Assembly: GCF_009834535.1 (NCBI RefSeq)
Contig: NC_045696.1
Location: forward strand, 620,001-684,000
Length of the DNA: 64,000 bases
Direction of reading: 5' to 3'
Source of the DNA: Camelus ferus
Taxonomy: Eukaryota
Shown here: positions 12,915 to 24,725 of the stretch, one piece after another
Position numbering within the stretch: the stretch's first letter is position 1
How the letters are laid out: every line of letters begins with the position of its first letter
Notes under the pieces: model-generated
What the model saw: only the letters and a program-made list of their open reading frames with translations
Told to the model about the DNA's origin: nothing
Database searches by the model: none
Program-made: the position numbers and the translations under genes

Positions 12915-14063
12915 AATTCTAGTGGCTTTTTAATAGATTTCTTTAGTAGATTTTTCAGGTATGCAATTATATTGTCTGTGCATAAAGACAATTGTACTTC
13001 TTTCTTTCCGATCTGAATGCCTTTTATTTCTTTTCTTGAAAAAAGGCCAGGTTTAGGTGAGGCTAGGCCTTTGAATACAGTGTTGAATAGGAATGGCGAA
13101 TCTGATGTTAATATAGCAAGTTCATTTTTGCCTTGTCCCTTATCTTACGAGGAAGGCGTTCAGCCTTTCACATTACACTGAAATTATCTATGAGGTTTTT
13201 GTGAATAGCCTTTATTAGGATGAAGAATTTCCTACTATTCCTGATTTGTAAGTTTTATTACAAACAAAAACTGTTGAATTTCAGCAATGCTTTTTCTCCA
13301 TTTATTGAGATGATCAGATTGTTCTTTAAAAATTATTCTATTAATATGGTAAATCACATTGTTTGATTTTTGAACATTAAATGAATCTAGCATTTATGGG
13401 AAATACTCCATTTGCTCATGATGCACTTTTAAAAATATGTGCTGGACTTGATGTTGTTAAGGACTTTTTCATCTGTGCTCATGAGGGATCTTGGTCTGCA
13501 GAAGATTTTCTATTTTTCCCCCTTGATTCAGTTTGGTAATTTGTGTCTTTCAGTGAATTTTTCAATTTCTTTCAAGTTGTCAACTTTGTGGGGAATAAAG
13601 GGCTTTATAATAATAGTCCCTTAACCTTTTAACATCTGCAAGATCTGTAGTGCTGGACTCCTGTTTTATTCCTGATATTGGCAATTCATGTTTTGTTTGG
13701 GTTTTTTTGACCAGTTGATCTGGATATTTATCAATTTCATTGATATTTTCATTAAACCAGCTTTGGTTTCATTGATTTTTCACTATTTTTTGATATTCTT
13801 TCAATTTCATTGATATTTACTCTTTTCTTTTTAATCTTCTTCTTTCAACTTATTTTTGGTTTAAATTTTCTTTTTCTAGCTTTTTAAGGAGGAAACCTAG
13901 ATCTTTGATTTTAGACTTTTTTCTTTTCTAATATAAGCATATGAAGTTATATATTTTTCTCTAAGCATTACTTAGCTCTACCATATTTTTATATTTGGGG
14001 GTTTAATTTGCATTCAACACAAAATATTTTCTAATTTGCTTTTGATCTCCTCTTTGAAGATCT

Positions 14064-14241
14064 CTCCTTACTTTTTATTGTGGATGTGAGTTTCCATCTG
14101 GTTTAATTTTCCTTCTTTCTAAAGAGCTTCCTTCATCATTTCTTTAGGCACACTTCTGTGAGTGAAGGATTCCCTCAGGTCCCCACACCAGTGAGACACT
14201 AAATCAGAAACACTATCGCATTCCCGTGGGGGTGACAGAGA
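14064..14241 (+). repeat. 178-bp direct duplicate of 15244-15421
   Basis: Ungapped match at offset 1180 with 6 mismatches, counted by eye. Confidence 0.95.
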
Positions 14242-15349
14242 AATTGTTTAATTTCAGGATATTTGAGGATTTATAGATATTTTTTGTTACTGCCATTTGG
14301 ATTTAGTCCATTGTGGCCAGAGAAAACACTCTGCATGATTTTGCTCTTTTTAAACTTGTTCAGACTCATTTGATGACCCAGCATATGGTCTGTTTTTTCC
14401 CTACGTGTTCTATCAACTACTGAGGGGGTGTTGGACTCTCCACTGTAACTGTGGACTTGGCCATTTCTCTTTTCAATTCCACCAGTTTTTAGTTCACGTT
14501 TTTTGAAGATTTTTTTATTAGATGAATACCAATTTCTGATTATCTCTTTTTGATGAAATAGCAATTTTATGATTAAGTAACACCTTATTCCTCATAATAT
14601 TGTTTGTCCTGAGTCTACTTTGTCCGATTTAATATAGCATCTCCAGTTTTCCTATGATTAGGGTTTGCATGGCACATCTTTTTTTATCCTTCTACTTTGA
14701 CCTATTTGTGTCTTTGAATTTGAAGTGTCTCTTTCAATACTGTTGTAGCTTGCATTTTTGTGCCCTCTGGTATTTCTGCCTTTTAGTAAGAGAGTCTAGA
14801 TTATTTCTATCTAATGAAATTATTGATATACCTGAGATTAAATCAATCACTTTTCTAATTTTTAAAATTTGCTCCATCTATTCTTTCTTCTGTTTCCCCC
14901 TTCTTATCCTGCTTTATTTTTGATTGAGGATTTAGTATTCTACTTTATCTCCTCTATTTGTTCACTGGCTGTGCCTTTGGTTTTTCCCCTATGGTTGTGC
15001 TATGGTTTGAAGTAAGCATCTTTTACTTTTTTCAATGATCTCATGTTACAAACATTGTAATAAATTTACAACTGTGATCTTACCAGTCCTTCTCTTACCC
15101 TTTGAGCTAGTGCTGTTATACGTTTTACATGTACATATGTCATAAACCCCAAAGTACATTGGTATTATTTTTGTTTTAAACAGTTAATTATCTTACAAAG
15201 TAATTTTAAAATGAGAAAAATTCTTTTTTACTTACCCACAGTACTCCTTAATTTTTATTGTGGATGTGAGTTTCCATCTGGTTTAATTTTCCTTCTTTCT
15301 AAAGAGCTTCCTTCATCATTTCTTTAGGCACACTTCTGTGAGTGAAGGA

Positions 15350-17700
15350 TTCCCTCAGGTCCCCACAACACTGAGACAGTAAATCAGAAACACTATTGCA
15401 TTCCTGTGGGGGTGACAGAGAGCAGTGCCCCCATTAAAGACCTGAAATCTGTGGGCTCCCTACCTTATCACTGGACGGCTCCTGGGGAATGACTTAATCT
15501 GCACAAGAGTAACCACGTAGTAACTCAAATGCAGCTGCACTTCTGGACGAGGCCTTGTTGGTGGGACGGATGAATACGACCGCGGTACGTGGCATGTGGC
15601 CACAGACCTGAACGCATTCTTTTCTATCTCGATTAGGGAGACTACCAGAACCAGTCTGTAATCATACGGGATGGACTGAAACGTTCACTTACAGTTTTGC
15701 CTCAGGTTCTGTTCATCTTTCTGTCCTCTGGCATAATGTAGTCCCAAGAGATCTGGACCGCCCAAACATCCACAGAGCATGGTGCTGGTCAGTTACATGG
15801 ATGGCCTCACGCCACGCGGGCAGGATGGAAACGCGGGCTTCTGATCAAGCCCATCCGTCTACAGCAGGGCCGTGCTCATGTGCAGAGATGCTGGACGCCC
15901 GTGATGGGATGGGGCGCTTGGCCAGGGGACCACAAGGACCACGTGCCCAAAACTACCCATCTGGAGGCAGAGTCTTTTGGCTTCACCGTGTCACAAAGCT
16001 GCGTGGCTTCAGCAGCAGTCCTTCAAAAGGTGGACAAGAGGGGATGAGCCGACTGCACGAGAGGGCAGCCCTGATGCCCACATCACCACAGCTGTCACAC
16101 TAGTGCCTCTTCCCTAGCTCACACCTAAGGAAGTGAGCTGAAACGGATGGTGGCTGCATTCCAGCCATTGGCAAGGGCATCTTTCGAGACAGCAGAGAAG
16201 AAGGCTGCCCAGTAGGCAGTGCTTCAAGCACCTGGTCCTGCATTCGGTGCAGAAGGAGAAGTGGCCAAGAGGAGGATACGTCCAGATTCTGCGGCAGTGC
16301 ACTCTGGCACAGGTGTCTGGTCAGGACCCCAGAGGGAAAGAGTGCAAGGTCAGAAGTGAGTTATTCTGGGATGGAGGCACGCGAGTGGACATTTGGGAGC
16401 GGACACGGCATGCGAAGATCTTTGTATCACTTGTTAACACCGACCAGGGAACATTCGCCGCGGAAGAGGCTCTGTGACATGGCCCGTAGCCACTGGCCAG
16501 TTTTCATCATCAGTTACCCAAGAACTGGCCTGATGCACGCCTGGAAGGGCTGAGCCCAGTGGCAGAGACGGAAGCCAGAGTCGAGACGGACCCGACAATA
16601 TGGACTCCCACTTCCAAGGAAGATCCAGCTACCACTGAGTGTCCGAGCTGTCGGCCGCCGAGAGCAGGCACTGGGCCCTGTTATACCCCAAGGAGACCAG
16701 CTGGAAACTTGGTAGCAAGCCAGTTGCATTGGGCCACGTGCCTCCTGGAGAGCTTGGTGAATGGATACTCCAGGCACAGGTTTGCCCTGCCCACAGGGCC
16801 TCAGCCCACATGGCTGCAGAACACCTGGTTCCCAGGCATGGAATCTCATTAGCATAGTATCCAACTGGGGGCCCACTTCACAGCGAAGAAGTGTGGGAGT
16901 GAGCACATGACCAGGGGACCCACTCGTCACATCCTGCACGGCACCTCCCAGAGGCTAGAGATGCTTTTTCTGTGGGGGAGCTGAGGCACCAGTGATGGGG
17001 CAGCCCTGACAGGGTGAGTGCCCCTCTCAGGATGCGGCGTCTGTGCTAAATCAGAGACCCTCAAGTGGTGCTACCTCCCCACCAGGAAGAATATATGGGC
17101 TCAGGGGCAGAGGCTGTCAGCAGAAGTAGCTCCCCTACCATCACCCCCACTGGCCCACTGGGAGATTCAGGGCTTCCTGTCCCTGCCACTCTGGACGCCA
17201 CAAGGGTTGAAGGTCCTGTCCCCAAAGGGCCCCACTGGACTAACGGGGAACTTCGGACTCCTTGTGTCCGGGTGCAGCAGATGAGAGCAGGAGCGGCCGG
17301 CCTGGCAGGTAACTGGCTCTGGCCGTCGGAAGGTAGAACCACTTTCACACCTTGGAGGCTGCGAGGGGCTCTTGTGAAACCCGGAGGAACTGTTTGGGTA
17401 CCTCTAGGCACTCGCTGCCCCCTGGTTCTGATTGTGAATGGATGCATGGACAATGGGCCTGAGAAGGTCTGATGCCAAGTGCTCAGTCTCCAGGACGCAG
17501 GTTTGAGTCACACCCCCAAGGAAGCCATGCAGACCTGCGAGGCGCTGGCTGCCCGTGTGTGGGGGATTCAGAACGGATGGTGGAGGAGGGAGAGGACAAG
17601 GGTCAGCTGTGGCCCTGAGGCCTACTGCGGTGATGGGGCTGTGGTTCAGCCCACAGACCCCCTCCTCTAAGCTTTCCCCTGGAAAAGAGGCCTATGGGAA
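15350..17700 (+). mobile_element. Decayed class III endogenous retrovirus (ERVL, HERV16/ERV3-16A3-like) internal pol region
   Basis: ORF 16247 (KEKWP..ELFWDGGTRVDIWE..KIFVSLVNTDQ..AEE) resembles ERVL RNase H. ORF 16559 (ATTECPSC..GYSRHRFALP) resembles the integrase CxxC and the start of the core. ORFs 17018/17065 (GLKVLSPKG..GNFGLL; CPLVLIVNG) resemble the ERVL dUTPase-like region. Many frameshifts. Confidence 0.85.
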
Positions 17701-17779
17701 TCACCAAGGAGCTGCTCCCTGGACCTGAGTTGAGAAGTGGGCCCGTGCAGGGCAAGGCAGGAGGCCACGGGGAGTACAT

Positions 17780-17900
17780 TGTGGGAGCAGGAGTGATGAC
17801 AGCCCTTCTCGGGCCCTGCCGGGCACTGGGACGATCCAGCCCGATGACTCAGCTTGTGGGAACACTAATGCGGATTGTTCCCGAACACACAGACTCCATG
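17780..17900 (+). mobile_element. Probable 3' LTR remnant (LTR16/LTR33-like)
   Basis: Purine-rich 'ggggagtacat' followed by TGT, just downstream of the ERVL internal region; 3' boundary uncertain. Confidence 0.35.
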
Positions 17901-18273
17901 AAGGGGCAAGCTGGGCTCCAGAACCCTCCGCCGCCTGCCCGAGCCAGCCCCCACGCCTTCCCCGCCTCCCTCCCACTCTGTCTTTCGCAGATGCTTCGCC
18001 AGGACACCTCCTGCGTGTCTAGTCCCATCTTGACATCTGCTTCTTGTAAGTCACAAACTAGCACCTCTTGTCTCTTTTTCTCAAATGGTGTTTTTTTGTT
18101 GTTGTTGTTTGTTTTTTTTTTAAGTCCAGCAATTTTCTTTATTTGGCGTTTTTGCATGAAGTCTCTGAGTGGTTCACGGCTTACAGTCATGTTAGAACTC
18201 AGATGGGCCCTGAAACTGAAGTATGTTCCCGTCGGAACTTCTTCACAGCCAGATGAAGGGAGAAGGGTTTACT

Positions 18274-18283
18274 GGGACTTTCC
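18274..18283 (+). promoter_or_regulatory. Canonical NF-kB motif GGGACTTTCC
   Basis: Exact match to the classical kB site; function untested. Confidence 0.35.
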
Positions 18284-18984
18284 CTGTGTAGTTTAAGATG
18301 CCGCACCCAGTGAGGAGGCCAAGGCAGCAGGAGCTGCAGACAGTTCTGGAAGGGAGAGGACTCTTTGTGCCACTGAGGGCTGCCAGTCCAAGAGCAGCCC
18401 CGAGGTGACTAAAACCCTGCCACCTCTCCGCAGAGATGAGAGAGCGCCTGGGCAGCCTCTGTCCCGGGTCCGCCCTCCCCCCGGCCCCGGTCTGGGCCTG
18501 GCTCACTTGCGGGGGGAGAGCCTCAGACAGCCTCTGTGGGTCCAGCCTGGCTTATCACTTACACGGAGGCTGTGAGGCTTCTGGGAGGAAGCCAGCCCCT
18601 CCCTTGGCTTCTAGCCTGAACACATTTTTAAGGCGGGCGCGGAATTTCTAGCCCAGATATTTTTAAAAGGCTCCTAGTTGGGAGAGTTAGATGTTGCTTT
18701 TCAAATAACTATTTTGCTTGAAATTCTCTCCCCAAACTACCGTCGGACTGTAAAATACTATAAAATTACATTGCACTTACCTTTGGACAGATTCTCATTG
18801 AACGTATAGGAAGTGCTCAGCATGATCATGCTGAGCAAACACTACTGAGATGATCTGAGTATCTCCCCCTTTACCCAGCCCGGCAGAGGCCAAATGAGCA
18901 ACTGGCAAAGGTGCTCCCAGAGAGGGCGCTGGGAGATGTACCCACACAGAGTATCAGGACACTCGGAGCCTGTTTGTTTTCCCT

Positions 18985-19203
18985 CCTTTTTTATTTTACT
19001 TTATTTTTTTAAACTTAAAAAGAAGTTGAAGTATAGTCAGTTTACGGTGTTGTGTCAATTTCTGGCCTACAGCATAATGTCTCAGTCGTACGTATATTCT
19101 TCTTCATGATAGGTCACTACAAGACATTGACTGTAGTTCCCTGTGCTGCACAGAAGAAACTTGCTGTTTATCTCTTTTATACACAGTAGTATCTGCAAAT
19201 CTC
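18985..19203 (-). mobile_element. Young L1 3'-UTR fragment
   Basis: 'ttgaagtatagtcagtttacggtgttgtgtcaatttctgg..tagttccctgtgctgcacagaagaaa', homologous to 12690-12914. Confidence 0.8.
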
Positions 19204-20299
19204 GATTGTTTAGAATTGGTTTAAAATTTCGTTTCCTTTGAACTTTAAGTATTAAACTGTGTTGCTGAGAAGCCAAAGCAACATTCTAACCTGGGAACCA
19301 GCATGGAGGGGAGCAAAGCTCCAGGCAGCTCTGTGCTCACTGTTGTGGCCAGTGTCACCTGTCCCTGGTGTGTCGGCCACAGGGCCCTGGAGCCCCTCAG
19401 GTTCTCAAGAGCAGAGACCTGGTCTCCTCTGTCCTCGCCTTCTTACCACAAGGGCCTTGCTCATAGAAAGTGCTGAATAATCATTTGGTGAGTTAATGAA
19501 CAGAAGGTGAAATCTGGTTGATAAGCTAGTATGTGTTAGGAAAGCTGTATTGTCAGAGTACGGATTTGAGATTCAAAACTGGGTAGAAACGTGACATTCC
19601 TTATTTAGAACAGAAATTGAACAAGTCAGCAAAACCCAAATTGGTGCAGCGCTGGTTCCTGGGCCCTCCAGACCGTACATGCCTTCCCTAGCGGGGACCA
19701 GCCAAATCGCGGGGAGGGCGGGCGGGGGCACAGGAACGAGGGCTCCACCTTCTGGCTTTGTCACTAATGCTGTGTGGGCTTCTAGTTGCACCTTAGCTGC
19801 TTCACTTTACAGTGAAACAGTTGGAATAAAGGAGCAATATTTTCCTAGCAACCAAATTCCGTGCTTTCTAGAGACAAGGAGTCCTCGTTTCAGGGTATAG
19901 ACAGTCTCAACAGCTCTGGTTGTCAGAAGTAGAAAAGGCAAGTGCTGTGAGCTTTTTTTGTTCTTATGTTTATGTCATGAGCAGGAAGGGAAGATACGGA
20001 AGCAGTTTTCCCCTCTCTGCACAGGTCTGGCTCAGGGCGGTGGAAAGACAAAGCATAGCCCTTCTCCTTGGTGACCTGGAAGAAGGCATCTGTCCAGCCT
20101 GCTCTGTGGTGGCAGGGTGGGGGCATGCGTGGGTGAGGAGACAGAGAAATGGGGACGAAAGAGTTAAGCAAGAGTCGGTCTGACTTTCTGGAGTCCAAGT
20201 CTTGCTGAGTTTCCAGCCCTAGGTGTCTGCTGGAAAACTGGAGCCGGGAGCCAGGTGACACAGCTGTGTGTGTTTGTTTTTGATGTTACCAGAGAAACA

Positions 20300-20760
20300 A
20301 GAGGGAAAAATACGAAAATAAAGTTTCCACAAAAAATCCAAACTGACTTCAAAAAAGGTTGTGTGCGTAGAGAGAGAAGCCCGCCGCGCCGGCTCCAGTG
20401 ACAGCGCTCTGCCCCGCCCCGCGCCCCGCGCACACGCACACGCACACGCCAGAGCGGAAGAGCCAGTCGGCTTTTCCACGCGGAGCGGGCTGCCCCTCTG
20501 CCTCAGTGCCGGGGGCCGTGCCGCCGCATGAAGTGACTCTCAGCCGGGGTCGGGCGAGGCACACTGCCCTGACTGTGAGCCTTCGGTGGATGAGTGGACT
20601 CAGCAGAGCCACCCAGCCACAGAGACACTGGTCTGCATTGTTAAGTGGTTATAAATAGGAGGGGAGGGGCTGCTACTGGCAATCAGACATCGAGAATCAG
20701 GGAGCCGGAAAGGAGGAGGCTGTGAACTTGAAGAAAAGGCAGAGGGCCACGTGAGACAGG
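20300..20760. promoter_or_regulatory. CpG-rich promoter-like element, possibly bidirectional
   Basis: GC boxes (gccccgccccgcgccccgcg, 20411-20430), CGGAAG ETS core, TTAAGTG at 20641-20647, TTATAAATAG (MEF2/TATA) at 20649-20658, CACGTG at 20748-20753; non-repetitive flanks. Confidence 0.55.
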
Positions 20761-21194
20761 CCAGCGGAGCTGCAACTCACCTCACAGGACCTGGCACAAG
20801 CCCTTTTGCAGCTCAGGTCTTCCCAGAGCAGACGAGGGGCCAACGCCCTCTCTATAGCATGGACTGGGGTGGGACCAGTCTTCTCACCAGGCCCAGAGGA
20901 AAGGGCACTGCACACGTGGCCGCCAGGCGAGCATGCCAACGATGGCTCTTGGCCCTGCCGCCAGCTGGGCACTCCGGGCAGTCACGGGGCTCCTGTCCAC
21001 CTGTAGAGTGGCTCCTGGCCCTCTCCAGGCCTCACGACATTTCATCAGCCCTGCACAACTACCAGCACCTTCGCTGATGCCTTCCAAGGAAGTGCTCCTC
21101 CCGAAGACTGAGACACAGCGCCCGGGTCCAAGGCGCTCAGCACCGACACAGGTGGCTTAGGCTGGCTCTCTCTTTTTCTTCCTTCTTTCCTTTC

Positions 21195-21620
21195 AGATAA
21201 AATTAATCATTTTAGCCACTTTAAAGTGTGCAGTGCAGTGGCAGTTAGCAGTCACAGGGTTGCGCGACCACCGCCTCTACCCAGTTCCAGAACATTGGCA
21301 TCCCCGGCAGGAAACCTTGCCCCTGGAAGCAGTGACCCCCTCCCCCGGCCCGGCGGTCACACAGCCTTCCGTCTGCAGGGGTCTGATCACGCCGCGCAAC
21401 TCGCACAGAGTCGTGCGACAGGTGACTTTTCGCACCTGGATGCTTTCACTGAGCATAGTGTTTCCAAGTGCCCTCCACACTCCCAGGACATCGCTCCCTC
21501 CGTGACTGAGCAGCGCCCCACCGTCTGCATACGCCGCCTCGTTCAGCCATTTAAGCCGGGGGACACGCGGCTGCGCCCGCCTGCCCGCTGCTGCGAATCA
21601 GGCAGCTGTGGCCGCCTTTC
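21195..21620 (-). mobile_element. L1MB-like 3' end with strong AT-to-GC shift
   Basis: Colinear with the ordinary L1 3' end at ~60900-61350 ('ccagttccagaacatt', 'ggaaacc', 'tttcactgagcatagtgttt') but CpG-rich. Confidence 0.8.
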
Positions 21621-22100
21621 CTCGGGGGCTCGACGGACAAGCGTCACTACTGCCCGCCCGCCGCGTGAGAGGAAGGGAGACGCGGAGCAGGACCGACGCC
21701 CCTCAGGACTGGCACTGGGCGCGCTCCCCGGCGGCGCCGGCGTGTCCCTCGACACCCGGTGGGGCTTCCGCCGCCGGTGGGCTGGCTCACGGCGCTTCCG
21801 GGCGCTTCCAGGCGCTTCCGGCTCAGGGCCACGCGACTTCCGGGGCGGGACTTCCTCCCCGGGACCCCCGCCGTCCTGTGCAGGCGGACTGAGCCCGGCC
21901 GACCGGGCCCACGGCCGGCCGCCGGGGGCGTTGTGCTTCCGCGTGCCTGGGGCGGAGATGCCCGGCACACCTGCCTCTTCTCGAGCATGTTGGGGTCGCA
22001 GGGCCCCTGGGCGGTTGCTGGGACTCACAGCTCCTGAGCTGGCCCCTGGCCGTGGGCCAGGGACCCTCTGCGCCCCTCGTCTCAGGCCAGACCCCTGGCC
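21520..22100. promoter_or_regulatory. CpG island
   Basis: Very high GC and CpG density; repeated CTTCCGG (ETS) and GGGCGG motifs. Confidence 0.7.
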
Positions 22101-24294
22101 CACTCCTTGCAGGCGGGCTGCCTTTTGGGGGCTTATTAAGGCTCCTAACTGGAAAACAGTGAGAAAGAGTAAAAGCCACAGTGGGCTGTGCAGAACAAGC
22201 TGGGGAAGGACCAGCAGAAGGTTGCTGGTGGCATCTCCAGGGTCTGGGGTTGAGCCTTGAGAAGTTAGACCCCTTGTCCAAAGATTTAGGATGGTTCCGA
22301 GTGCTTGGTTGTTCCCTTATGGGCTTCTCAGAGCTTGGTTAATGACAAATCCCGTGAACAAGCCAGTGAGGGATTCATAGTCTTCCGGTGGTTCTCTTTT
22401 CCCGAAATTCACATTTGCCTCTTTTGTAGACAGTGCTTGAAACCAGTGAGTGAAGAGGGGACTGAGGGAAGGCAGGAGAGGGAATGTCACCTTAGCTGTC
22501 TTCATTAGAACCTGCTATAATTTGACTACTTAAAAAATTGGGGGGGGGGGCAGTCACATCTAGGGGACCATGCCTGTTGACCAAACATGGTACACTTGCA
22601 TTTTGCAGTTGCCTGTGGAGCTGAGTCATCTAATTTCACCCTTACCACCCACACTTGAAACCCACTTCTCAGACAGTGTACCTTTCTGGAAAGCCAGCAC
22701 CAGAGTCCATGCTCTATACTGAGAGGTGGTCACTACAGCTGGGAGTCAGGGAAGTTCCTGCCTGGTTTGGAAGAAGTGTAATAATGTCTTACAACAACCC
22801 AAATAGGGGTCATGTCCAAAGCCTGAAGTGGTAGGGGAGGGGAAAAGGGGAGGCAGGTCCCCACTGAGTCAAGATCTGTATTGACAGCTCCTAGGATGGT
22901 GTAAGGTGGGGAGAGAGAGGGTCGAGCACAGGGCCTCTGGGAACCAGGGCAGAATTAAAGTCAGGAGGGAGAAAAGCGCTGGCCTAGTGGGGAGAACATG
23001 AGAGGATGCTCTCCACCCAACAGCAGCCCGACTCTGAGAGCTGGCACCTTGCTCTGTCAGAGCAGACGCTCTCCAGGCTCCTGGGGCGGTGCCTAAGGTC
23101 CTTATGTTCTTCCCACTGTTTGAAATGCTTTTCCCACGATCTCCATTTAACCAAATCTTAACCGCCTTTCAAGACCTCGAAGGATTTCTGCATAAAAACT
23201 TCCTGATACTGTCCACATTTATGTGCCCCCCCCCCCTTGAGAGAATGCGCAGGATTTGGCTAACATAAATTCGTAGAAACTTAATGAGCTTTCATTTTAA
23301 AATGAATTGAGTTGCACTGATATCTGTAAGAGTTCCTGCTGGGACAGGCCATCCCATCCTTCTTGGGTCAGAAACAGAGACTTCCCACTGGAAATTCCCA
23401 GTGGGCCCAGGCAGCCGGGGCGGGTGTGTTTGCTCTGCACCCCATCCAGAATGACTCACTGTGGTCACCCTGTGACCCACTTTCTACTGTGAGCTTTGGC
23501 TGAGTGGACTCTCATGACACTTCTTTTTCACCGTGGTCACCTCCTCACTCTGAAAGCAAGGCTAAGTGAAGCAGTAGCTGGAAACTCTGAGCTTTACGAC
23601 ACTTCTGAGGTTGGAAAAAGAGAATCGGAAGGGAAAAGGCGGGTCCCTCAAAACAGTGGCGTTACCTGGTTGCTTTTCTCCTCCAAAATAAAATAGTGTC
23701 CGCCTCCTCTTTCTAGAACTTCAGGTCCTGTGACAAGTGGGAAAGGAGCCTGAGTGGGTGGGGCGAGAGCTCACACAGTGAGCAGTGAGTCCAAGGCTGG
23801 AGCTGAAGGGCGTTTACCTTCAAGCCATGAGGCTGCTGTGTCGGGGAAAGTTAGGTGTTCCCTCTCCCACAGGACCACCTAAAAACGCATTCAGAGGTGT
23901 GACTAGCTTTTTAAAAAGTGCCTTCACTCACTTGACCCCTTTAACCTTCAGAGGGTTCCAGCAAGAGGGACGCCAGCTCCCCCATGCCCCTCTGTGCCCC
24001 TCTGTGTGTCACGGAGCACTCGGGCGCTCATGGTGGGCTGGTGAACTTAATTCTCTCTTTCTGTCTTTTTTTTTTTTTTTTTTTTTTTACGTTGAAGTCT
24101 AGTCAGTTACAATGTGTCAGTTTCTGGTGGGGAACTTGATTTTCAATTGAACGCCATGAAGCGCTCCCTTTAGAGATATAAAACATCCTGTTAACCTTTT
24201 CAAAATTTGAGGTATGGTACACAGAACTCTGCAAAACAATGTTTGATATTTTATTGATATTTTTGAGGTGGCCACGTGTGAGAAAAAGAACAGA

Positions 24295-24725
24295 CATACA
24301 TAACGCCATTTGCAGCAACATGGATGCTCCTGGAGAATGTCATTCTAAGTGAAGTAAGCCAGAAAGAGAAAGAAAAATACCATATGAGATCACTTATATG
24401 TGGAATCTAAAAACAAAAACAAAAACAAAGCATAAATACAAAACAGAAATAGACTCATAGACATAGAATACAAATGTGGTTGCCAAGGGGGCGGGGGGTG
24501 GGAAGGGATAGACTGGGATTTCAAAATTGTAGACTAGATAAGCAAGATTATACTGTATAGCATAGGGAAATATACACAAGATCTTATGGTAGCTCACAGA
24601 GAAAAAAATGTGACAATGAATATATATATGTTCACTTATAACTGAAAAATTGTGCTCTACACTGGAATTTGACACAACATTGTAAAATGATTATAAATCA
24701 ATAAAAAAATGTTAAAAAAAAAAGA
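24295..24725 (+). mobile_element. Young 5'-truncated L1 3' end with perfect 14-bp TSD
   Basis: TSD agaaaaagaacaga at 24281-24294 and 24726-24739; AATAAA plus A tail; close reverse complement of 41715-42125. Confidence 0.92.

Larger units (their letters stand above)
10850..15345 (-). mobile_element. Long degraded LINE-1 (3' UTR through ORF2), about 4.5 kb
   Basis: Starts 'tttattgaggtataacttacattctctaaattgcaccaattttaagtgtac'; continuous antisense L1 text follows; reading frames are broken. Confidence 0.9.

Noticed and set aside
18215..18230. Minus-strand gggaacatacttc resembling the start of the mir-1 hairpin
   Set aside because: No matching mature miR-1 arm or hairpin follows
21226..22260. 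344-aa ORF
   Set aside because: Starts within antisense L1 and crosses a CpG island; Arg/Pro/Gly/Ala-biased, no recognisable domain
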